Below are positions 47,070-54,179 of a stretch of DNA of 64,000 bases, piece by piece. The stretch spans positions 611,535 to 675,534 of the forward strand of contig JAXMAK010000003.1 in NCBI GenBank assembly GCA_046350435.1, written 5' to 3'. The notes under the pieces were generated by a model. That model searched no databases. It was not told where the DNA came from and saw nothing but the letters and a program-made list of their open reading frames with translations. Source of the DNA: Phycisphaerales bacterium (GTDB lineage: Bacteria > Planctomycetota > Phycisphaerae > Phycisphaerales > UBA1924). The position numbers were made by a program, and so were the translations under genes. Each line of letters opens with the position of its first letter. The first letter of the stretch is position 1.

Positions 47070-47409
47070 TATTCCTCCGCCCCAAACGCTCGGCACCACG
47101 GTGGGATGACCCGCGGCGTCCTCACGCCGTCAGTCTCGAAAAGAGCTTGAAGCCCTTGTGCTCCATCCCCACTGGAGCACCGCGAGACCCGCCCTGAAAA
47201 CCCAAGGCCGGTACAAAGAACAGACTGACCGCCCGGCGTCAACGACACCAGCCACGGCCCAGCCATCCCGCTGGGAAACTAGTTTAGGCAGCACCCGAGC
47301 AGAGCAATTTTCTGGGAAGTGCGCGCACAAACTCGGGCGAAAAACGGGACTGAAGATTGCGCACAGCGATTTGAAAAGTCCAGCGGTGTGCGCGCGGGTG
47401 TGGTTGATC

Positions 47410-47514
47410 GGGGGCGGGGCGGGGGCGATGGGAGGAATGGGGTTTGTTTTTTTTGGGACTTGTGGGGTGCGACCATGAGTGCGCGCACTTGTGTGGGCGG
47501 GGGTTGGGAGGGGG
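47410..47514 (+). other. Cluster of G-quadruplex-compatible G-run motifs
   Basis: 'gggggcggggcgggggcgatggg' at 47410..47432 and 'gggcgggggttgggaggggg' at 47495..47514. Each has four or more G-runs of 3 or more nt with short loops. Confidence 0.6.
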
Positions 47515-47554
47515 TTGACTTTTTGGAGGAGGGATTTTGGGGGTGGGGGTTGGA

Positions 47555-47610
47555 GAGGATTTATCGCGGAGGTCGCGGAGAGCGCGGAGGGTTTGGAGAG
47601 AGGGAGAGGA
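47555..47610. repeat. Octad/nonamer purine-arm tandem (CGCGGAGRN)n, solo
   Basis: 'ggatttatcg cggaggt cgcggagag cgcggaggg tttggagag agggagagg'. Its reverse complement resembles the 45021..45048 arm. Confidence 0.65.
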
Positions 47611-47846
47611 GTTGTTGAGTAAGTCGTGGGTGCGCTGGGAGAAGGGAATGGGGCCGAAGGGTCGGATGCGGCGGATGGGTTTGATGGGGTAGGTCGGTGA
47701 AGTAGATGAAGGCAACGAGGCATCAGAGCGGCATCGAGGCATCGAGAAGGTGGTTGATGTGTGTGGCGTGAAGCACAGGCAGCGGCAAAGCCGGCAGCAT
47801 GTGGCAAGAGCTTGATAGCTCTGCCACATGCCGACCTGTCACCATC

Positions 47847-48980
47847 CTAAACGCCGACGTTCAATGCTTCGAGTATTTTAATTGCTTCGTCAACTTTTCC
47901 GACTACTTTGCACGGATATTTCAACTGAAGTGATCCAATATTTCCGGATATTGCTGCCGCAAGCTTACGTTCGGTAAAAAAATAATCGCAATAAGGAAGA
48001 GCGATCGAAGCGTGATTCGCATCATACACGTCACCGGCATGGAATGACTGTTTTCCAAACAATTTGATGGCAAAAAGCGCACACGGAATAAAGAGACTCG
48101 GCACTCGCTCCGCAGCTGGAACATCTGAAAGCAATTCGACAATATAGTTATAATACATTTTCCGACGTGATGACTCTGAGCCTCCCCAAAGCGAACGAAA
48201 CGGGTCTGTTTGCATTACATGATCTACCGCCAGCCAGCCTATCTCGCTGCGTGATCGCAGGCACGACTTAATGTGACTAACGAGAATATCTTCATACTTC
48301 ACACTTGCAGGCATTTTCTTGGATTTCTCTGTGGCATCGGCACAAAGCTCATTGTCGTACATTTGTTCAGCCTGGGTTGCAAGATGACTGATGCTGACAA
48401 CAGAGCTCTCGAGCGACTCCCGGGCTGACTCGAATTGAAAATGCGAGATTTGCACCTCATGTTTTTCAGGGTTTTCGTCGTGCAGTTCCTTGCCCGGGAG
48501 CCGCAATCCACTCATCCACGCCATCTTGGTAAAGACCAAATCACGGGCCTGCTGACCGTCCGTGCGAATTCGCAACCGTTCGCAAACATACGACAAAGTT
48601 TCTATCAGGCGTATAGCGTTGGGGTTATGAAAAGAAACTCCACAACTAAGATCGTCGATGAGTCTGGCGGTATGTCGTTGCATGCGAATATCTGGCTGCT
48701 TCATTATTTCACATGCAATATGTATATTCGCCGGGCAGACGATTACTTTGCGCCTCTTCAAAGCAAGCAATAGTTCCAATACCCGATCATATTTATCTAC
48801 TGGTGTGTTTTCGTAAACACTTTTTCTGAAATTAATCCAGTACATCATGTCCAAGTAAACGATCTTTCTTGATTTGATGCTCTTGGACAATGACAAGCTG
48901 CTACTTCTTACCACAAACGAAGCCGGTAAAAGTAATGCTGGCTTGTCAATATTGCTACGTTTCTTTTTGGGCTTCTTCAT
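47847..48980 (-). CDS. Hypothetical protein, low-GC orphan with PIN-like motif placement
   Basis: 377-aa ORF in a strongly AT-richer segment (47 G+C in the 120 nt at 47881..48000, by hand count). An ORF this long is unlikely by chance at that composition. N-terminal 'IVYLDMMYW' and C-terminal 'DANHASIALPYCDYFFTE' resemble the acidic-residue positions of PIN-like nucleases. That assignment is weak and unverified. Confidence 0.6.
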   Translation of the reverse strand: MKKPKKKRSNIDKPALLLPASFVVRSSSLSLSKSIKSRKIVYLDMMYWINFRKSVYENTPVDKYDRVLELLLALKRRKVIVCPANIHIACEIMKQPDIRMQRHTARLIDDLSCGVSFHNPNAIRLIETLSYVCERLRIRTDGQQARDLVFTKMAWMSGLRLPGKELHDENPEKHEVQISHFQFESARESLESSVVSISHLATQAEQMYDNELCADATEKSKKMPASVKYEDILVSHIKSCLRSRSEIGWLAVDHVMQTDPFRSLWGGSESSRRKMYYNYIVELLSDVPAAERVPSLFIPCALFAIKLFGKQSFHAGDVYDANHASIALPYCDYFFTERKLAAAISGNIGSLQLKYPCKVVGKVDEAIKILEALNVGV

Positions 48981-48992
48981 CGCACGAAGCTT

Positions 48993-50252
48993 TTACAAAT
49001 TCCCTCTCCGCTCCTGTTCCAACTCCAGCGCCTCAAACAGTGCCTTGAAGTTGCCTTTGCCGAATGACTGGCTGCCTCGGCGGCAGATGATTTCGAAGAA
49101 GAGGGTTGGGCGGTCTTGGAGCGGTTTGGTGAAGAGTTGGAGTAAGTAGCCTTCGTCGTCGGCGTCGACGAGGATGCCGAGGTCGCGCACCTTCTTGTGG
49201 TCTTCTTTCACGGCTTGGTGGCCGTGGCTGGTGAGCATGGTGTTGACGCGGTCCCAGACTTTTTCGTAGTAGGCGTCGGGGAGAGTGAGGAAGTCGACGC
49301 CGCGGGCTCGCAACGCCGCGATCGAATGCAACTCGTCATCCGTGCGGAGGGCGAGGTGTTGGACGCCTGGGGTGTTGCAGTGCCAGTCGAGGTATTCCTG
49401 TACTTGGCTCTTGCGTTTGCCTGGGGCGGGTTCGTTGATGGGGATTTTGATGAGGCCTTGGCCGCTGCTCATGACTTTGGACATGAGGGCGGAGTATTCG
49501 GTGGCGATGTCCTTGTCGTCGAAGTGCTTGAACATCTTGAATTCCATGACGTCTTCATAGAACTTCACCCAGTAGTTCATTTTGCCGAGTTCGACGTTGC
49601 CGACGAGGTGGTCGGTGTACTTGAGGCCGCAGGGGTTTTTGCGGTTGTAGTCGTTGATGGCGAGGACGGAAGAGACGCCTGACTGCGGGCCGCAGCCTGT
49701 GGCTGGTGCGCACATATTCGAGCCGTCGATTTTGCGGAAGCGGGGTTTGAAGGTGGCGCCTTGTTTGACTTTGGTGAGGTCGTATGCGCCGGTACGGGAG
49801 ACGAAGGTGTGATTGACGCGGCCGAAGGTTTTGATGCCAGCCATGGTGACGGAGCCGTGTTCGTCTTTGAAGACGCGGGGTTCGTAGGCGGATTGTGCGC
49901 CGTTGCGGATAGCTTTTTCCCAGGCTTTTTCGGCGTCGAAGACGGTGAAGGCAACGTCTTTGACGCCGTCGCCGTACATCGCGACTTCCATGTTGGCGGG
50001 GTGCTCGGGAGCGAGGCCGCTGGTCAAGATGAAGCGGATGTTGCCTTGCGTGAGGAGGTAGTGTGCGGCGTCGCGGCAGCCTGTGGTGAGGTCGGAGACT
50101 TGTTCGATTTGGAAGCCGAAGCAGTGTGCGTAGAAGAACGCGGCTTGCTTGGCGTTACCTACGTAGAACTGGACGTGGTCGACGTCGATGAGGTGGAGCG
50201 GGTCGTTGGAGAAGGAGGGGGCGGAGGTGGGTTGGGTTGAGAGGGTGGTCAT
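48993..50252 (-). CDS. hppD: 4-hydroxyphenylpyruvate dioxygenase
   Basis: 419 aa. 'GDGVKDVAF', 'VQHLALRTDD' and the C-terminal 'FFEIICRRGSQSFGKGNFKALFEALELEQERRGNL' are hallmark HPPD motifs. Confidence 0.9.
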   Translation of the reverse strand: MTTLSTQPTSAPSFSNDPLHLIDVDHVQFYVGNAKQAAFFYAHCFGFQIEQVSDLTTGCRDAAHYLLTQGNIRFILTSGLAPEHPANMEVAMYGDGVKDVAFTVFDAEKAWEKAIRNGAQSAYEPRVFKDEHGSVTMAGIKTFGRVNHTFVSRTGAYDLTKVKQGATFKPRFRKIDGSNMCAPATGCGPQSGVSSVLAINDYNRKNPCGLKYTDHLVGNVELGKMNYWVKFYEDVMEFKMFKHFDDKDIATEYSALMSKVMSSGQGLIKIPINEPAPGKRKSQVQEYLDWHCNTPGVQHLALRTDDELHSIAALRARGVDFLTLPDAYYEKVWDRVNTMLTSHGHQAVKEDHKKVRDLGILVDADDEGYLLQLFTKPLQDRPTLFFEIICRRGSQSFGKGNFKALFEALELEQERRGNL

Positions 50253-50356
50253 GGGGAACTCCGGGGGATTTGGGCGGAACGGGGGATGGTAAGGGGGATT
50301 TGAACAATCAGCGCGCCTCGATGCACCGATTGCCGAACCGCGAAACCACTCGTATT

Positions 50357-50983
50357 TCAGGGCTTGCGAGTACGGGAGCGGGGCTGTTTCTTGCGTTGCG
50401 ACTGCTTCTTATTCTTCTCTGCTTTTTCCTGGGTATCGAAGTACTCGTCCGCGGTGGGGTCTGCGAACTCAAAGACAATGGACTTGCTGTCAAGGTTGAA
50501 TATGTACGTGGCGGCTGCATCAAAGTCCGCTTGCGGGGGCACGTTGATCACGAGAAAGGCTGGGTTGGCGCCTTCGTACGTGCAGCCCATGTCGAGAAGC
50601 GGCTTGAGAATCTTGCTGGAAATCGGCTTGCCGGCTTCGTGCGACATGCGCAATGTGCGATTGCCTGATTTCTTGACGACGCGGATGAACTCAAGCACGC
50701 CATCATCAAACTTGTCGCGGGCTTCGACGACGTCTTGAAACGAAACGCCGTAGGCGAAGAAGGGTGAATTCTCGAGCCTGTACTTATGCAGACCCACAGG
50801 TGTTGCCCACAACGACTCAGGAAGGTCTGCGTCGTCAGTTTCGTTGCGAAGAACGACCTTGACCATTGAGCCATTGCCGGTGTCTACTTTCGCAGCCATG
50901 ATCTTTGCATTTGGTGGCTTTTTAGAGCGAGATGATGCCATGCGAATTCTCCTTTCAACTACTTTATCGAGTAAGGAATGCAA
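50357..50983 (-). CDS. DUF4265-like hypothetical protein
   Basis: 'ESLWATPVGLHKYRLENSPFFAYGVSFQDVVEA' matches my recollection of the DUF4265 N-terminal signature. The start is uncertain (alternative ATGs at 50941 and 50899). Lys/Arg-rich tail. Confidence 0.5.
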   Translation of the reverse strand: MHSLLDKVVERRIRMASSRSKKPPNAKIMAAKVDTGNGSMVKVVLRNETDDADLPESLWATPVGLHKYRLENSPFFAYGVSFQDVVEARDKFDDGVLEFIRVVKKSGNRTLRMSHEAGKPISSKILKPLLDMGCTYEGANPAFLVINVPPQADFDAAATYIFNLDSKSIVFEFADPTADEYFDTQEKAEKNKKQSQRKKQPRSRTRKP

Positions 50984-51051
50984 TCGCAGAAGCCCGGCCC
51001 GACGCCTTTCGCTCTGGGCGAGAGCGGCTGGTTGTGGCCGTACATTTGTGG

Positions 51052-51927
51052 ATGCGAGTTTTGGTGACTGGTGCGAATGGGTTTATTGGGGGGCGGGTGG
51101 TGGGTGCGCTTGGGGGGGGCGGGCATGAGGTTGTGGAGGGGACTCGTGGCGCGGGGTTGGATTTGCGGGATTTATTGGGGGTTTTTGGGTTTTTTGAGCG
51201 GGCGGGGAAGGTTGATGTTGTCATTCATGCGGCGGCGATGCGGGATCCGGCGACTTGTGAGAAGCAGCGTGAGGAAGCGGTGGTTGTCAATTTTTTGGCG
51301 ACGAGAGAGATTGCGAAGTGGTGTGAGAAGAACGGAGTGCGGTTGATTTTTTTGTCGACGGATCAGGTGTTTGATGGTGTCCCCCCGAGCAAGATGGGGA
51401 TGTATGTGGAGAGTGATGCTCGGCGGCCTGTGAATCACTATGGGGTGACGAAGGCGTTGGCGGAGGATGTAGTTTTTGAGACTGGCGGGATGGTGGCGCG
51501 GGTGGGGCTCACGATGGGGGTGAGTCGGGAGGGGAACAGGTCGCCCAATGAGTTTGTGGTGAATGGGCTGCGGGCGGGGCAGGCGGTGACGCTATTTGAG
51601 AATGAGTTTCGGTCGCCAATTTTGGTGGAGGATGTGGCGGCGGCGTTGGTGGGGTTGCTGGGGAGCGAAGAGCGGTGCGTGCATGTGGCGGGGCCGGGGC
51701 GGGTCAGCCGGGTTGAGATGGGGTTGGCGTTGGCGAGGGCCTTTGGGCTGCGGAGCGAACTTTGTGTGGCTTCGCGGCATAGTGCGGAGGCGACGGGGGT
51801 GTATCGGCCCTTGGACTGCTCCATGGACACCACGCTGTTGGCACAAGTGTTGCGTAGACAAGGGATTAGGTTGCCTCTTGGAATGAATGAGGCTGCTCTT
51901 GTGCTGGCGAACGCTTGTTCACGGTGA
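51052..51927 (+). CDS. NAD(P)-dependent sugar epimerase/reductase (RmlD/dTDP-4-dehydrorhamnose reductase-like)
   Basis: ORF 50932..51927 trimmed to the ATG at 51052, giving 'MRVLVTGANGFIGGRV' (Rossmann GxxGxxG). 'YGVTK' is the catalytic YxxxK. Confidence 0.75.
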   Translation: MRVLVTGANGFIGGRVVGALGGGGHEVVEGTRGAGLDLRDLLGVFGFFERAGKVDVVIHAAAMRDPATCEKQREEAVVVNFLATREIAKWCEKNGVRLIFLSTDQVFDGVPPSKMGMYVESDARRPVNHYGVTKALAEDVVFETGGMVARVGLTMGVSREGNRSPNEFVVNGLRAGQAVTLFENEFRSPILVEDVAAALVGLLGSEERCVHVAGPGRVSRVEMGLALARAFGLRSELCVASRHSAEATGVYRPLDCSMDTTLLAQVLRRQGIRLPLGMNEAALVLANACSR

Positions 51928-52094
51928 AACGGTTGCTGGGTATTGGTGTGGCTGGGGGAATGGGCCGATGTAGAAGTAGTATTTGAGAGATTTACGGCCC
52001 CCCACTGTGCTTTCCCCGACGGGTCGAGCAGGCGGCGGCGCATAAGTTGTTGTACAATTGGAACTTGGGGGGACGCCGGGGGTTGGGCTTGTGT

Positions 52095-53129
52095 ATGACG
52101 AGGATGGTGGAACAAAGTTCTGGGGTTGGAAACGGCGCGGCAGTTTCGCGCGCGGTGTTTTCGTCTTCATTTGGAATGCGGAGTTTGCGGAGCGTGCTGC
52201 TGCTGGCGGGTGGTGTGCGGCGCGGGCGTATGGGGCAGGCGTTGGGGCGGCCTTTGGTCGATTTGCCTGTTCCCAAGCATGGGTCGATGCTGGGGGCTTG
52301 GAGTGAGCAGGTTTCGGGGTTGGCGAAAGTCATCGGCGGACCGATTCAGGTTCGCGCGATGGTGAGTCAGCAGTTGCAATTGCCTCGCGCAGTGAAACCC
52401 TGCGCGGGTGTTGAGTTGATTGCGGAATATGACAAGGGTGAGTTCCGCGGCACGGGTGGGTTGCTGCGCGATGTGACGGATGAATATGAGGATGATGACT
52501 TCATTCTCGCGGTGACTGCGAACCAGGTGTTGCTTACGAACTTGAGTGAGTTGTTTGAAGTGCTGCGAAGTACGCAGGCGAAAGCGGGCGCCGATGTCGT
52601 GCTGCTGTCGGAGCCTGATGGTTCTGCGAGCGGGTTTATTCTCATTCGCTGCGCGTGCTTGCGGGGGATTCGCGGCAATGGATACTTGGATTTCAAAGAG
52701 CAGAGTCTGCCGCAGATTGCGAAGGAATTTGTGGTGAAGGTTGCGAAGTCGCCTCGGCGCGCTGCGCTGCCCGTGCGGACGTTGGAGCAGTACATCAGGA
52801 CGCTGCGTGTTTTGCATACTGGCGATTTGGAGTTGGAAGTTGAGCCGCGGATTGATCCTTATGAAGAGGAGTGGACGGCGGCGTTTGCGATGGTTGATGA
52901 GACGGCGAGCGTTGCGAAGGGCGCGATCGTGCATGACTCGGTGGTGATGCGGAACGCGAAGGTTGGAGCGGGGGCTGTGTTGGTGCGTTCGCTGGTGTGC
53001 GAGGGCGCGGTTGTGGAGGCGGGGCGTGTGGTGTATGACTCGGTGATTGCTTCAGAGTCGAACGAGTCCTTTAACCAGACGCGTGCGCCGGAACTGCTGC
53101 GTGCGGATGAGAGCAAGGAGGCGCGGTGA
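52095..53129 (+). CDS. Divergent nucleotidyltransferase-like protein with C-terminal left-handed beta-helix-like repeats
   Basis: 'VLLLAGGVRRGRMGQALGRPLVDLPV' loosely resembles the sugar-1-phosphate NTP-transferase N-terminus, but the canonical GxGTRL is not intact. The C-terminal 'GAIVHDSVVMRNAKVGAGAVLVRSLVCEGAVVEAGRVV' is a hexapeptide-like repeat. The start is uncertain (52047, 52095 or 52176). Confidence 0.5.
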   Translation: MTRMVEQSSGVGNGAAVSRAVFSSSFGMRSLRSVLLLAGGVRRGRMGQALGRPLVDLPVPKHGSMLGAWSEQVSGLAKVIGGPIQVRAMVSQQLQLPRAVKPCAGVELIAEYDKGEFRGTGGLLRDVTDEYEDDDFILAVTANQVLLTNLSELFEVLRSTQAKAGADVVLLSEPDGSASGFILIRCACLRGIRGNGYLDFKEQSLPQIAKEFVVKVAKSPRRAALPVRTLEQYIRTLRVLHTGDLELEVEPRIDPYEEEWTAAFAMVDETASVAKGAIVHDSVVMRNAKVGAGAVLVRSLVCEGAVVEAGRVVYDSVIASESNESFNQTRAPELLRADESKEAR

Positions 53130-53998
53130 GGACCATCGGTTACAGCAAGTGGGAAGCTTGGCACGGGATAGCGGCCAGTGCGCTTGGTGCGATTGCGATT
53201 TTCGTTTCGCTACCCACATGGAAAGACATTTTGTATATTGCTGAGCACGACGAGGATCAGAGCCACATTTTTCTTGTGCCGATCGTTGCGTTGTGGATGC
53301 TGTGGGCGCGTCGCAAGAGACTGCGAATTTGCCCGCCTGGCGGGACGTTTATTGGGCCGCTGATTGCTGCGACAGGCGCGGTGTTTTCGTATGTTGGATA
53401 CGACAACGGCGTGCAGTCTGTGTGGCATCTTGGGGCGGTGCTGCTATTCCTGGGAGGGATATTGACGGCGCTCGGAAAGAACGTGCTGTTTCAGTTCTTG
53501 CCGGCGTTCGCGGTGCTGTTGTTCCTTGTGCCGATTCCGGGTGCGCTGCGCTCGATGATTTCGCTGCCTTTGCAGACTGCAACTGCGACGGCGACTGAAG
53601 CGATCCTGGACTTGTTTGGCGCGCAACTGACGCGGTCGGGCAATGTGCTGACGATTAACGGGATGGATGTTGCGGTCGCGGAAGCGTGCAACGGCATGCG
53701 CATGGTGTTTGCGTTGCTGCTCGTGGCGTATGCGTTCGCGTTCAGCATCCCGCTGCGGAACACGACGCGAATTTTCGTGCTGCTGCTGAGCCCAGTGTGC
53801 GCGTTGTTCTGCAACGTGATTCGACTGATTCCGACGACGCTGATCTATGGGCACATGGATCGCACGACGGGCGACAACTTCCATGACTGGTCGGGGTGGG
53901 TGATGCTGCCGATCGCCTTCTTCTTGCTCATGGGTGTGATTCGGGCGCTGAAGTGGGCGTTGTTGCCTGTGATGAGATTTAACTTGGCGTATCAGTGA
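53126..53998 (+). CDS. Exosortase (EpsH/Xrt family transpeptidase)
   Basis: The GTG start overlaps the upstream stop. 'EDQSHIFLVPIVALWMLWARRKRL', the catalytic-Cys motif 'VAEACNGMRMV', 'CNVIRL' (Arg) and 'FHDWSGW' (His) occur in the order expected for exosortases. About 8 TM helices. Confidence 0.8.
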   Translation: MRTIGYSKWEAWHGIAASALGAIAIFVSLPTWKDILYIAEHDEDQSHIFLVPIVALWMLWARRKRLRICPPGGTFIGPLIAATGAVFSYVGYDNGVQSVWHLGAVLLFLGGILTALGKNVLFQFLPAFAVLLFLVPIPGALRSMISLPLQTATATATEAILDLFGAQLTRSGNVLTINGMDVAVAEACNGMRMVFALLLVAYAFAFSIPLRNTTRIFVLLLSPVCALFCNVIRLIPTTLIYGHMDRTTGDNFHDWSGWVMLPIAFFLLMGVIRALKWALLPVMRFNLAYQ

Positions 53999-54027
53999 TT
54001 TGCGTTGCGGGGGTGGTGGGTAGTTCG

Positions 54028-54137
54028 GATTTAACACAGAGAGCACGGAGAACACAGAGAGAAGAGAAGAGATGTGTTTTGAAAGTCATAGTTTTTCTTT
54101 GTGCTCTCTGCGATCTCTGTGTTGAGTGAATTGAATC
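54028..54137. repeat. Octad-built palindromic element
   Basis: Left 'ggatttaacacagagagcacggagaacacagagagaagagaag'. Right 'ttctttgtgctctctgcgatctctgtgttgagtgaattgaatc'. Lies between the exosortase and epsI. Confidence 0.75.
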
Positions 54138-54179
54138 GGGCGTTGATTGACAACGGCGTTTTTTGCGAAAGGTGGATGA

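Noticed and set aside
47070-47290. Possible housekeeping ncRNA (RNase P RNA, tmRNA, SRP RNA, 6S RNA) in the non-coding stretch upstream of rpsA.
   Set aside because: None of the conserved hallmark sequences I know is present on either strand (e.g. the tmRNA 3' tRNA-like end, the SRP GGAA/AGCA domain IV motif, the RNase P GAGGAAAGUCC box).
47130-47829. Pro-rich ORFs on the minus strand (225 aa and 181 aa) and Gly/Arg-rich ORFs on the plus strand across the G-run tract.
   Set aside because: The translations are pure low complexity dictated by the G/C runs. There is no start context, signal peptide or domain. The region is better explained as non-coding repeat and G-run DNA.
46967-47846. DnaA boxes (TTATCCACA / TGTGGATAA) and an AT-rich unwinding element to support the origin hypothesis.
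   Set aside because: I found only weak look-alikes (TGTGGTGATA at 47061, GTGTGGTTGAT at 47398, GGTGGTTGAT at 47750), each with 2-3 mismatches or indels. I therefore do not annotate an oriC feature and report only the compositional switch.
47847-50983. Treating the low-GC gene region as a mobile genetic element or genomic island.
   Set aside because: No integrase, transposase, tRNA attachment site or direct-repeat boundaries are visible. Only the compositional deviation supports foreign origin, so no mobile_element feature is called.
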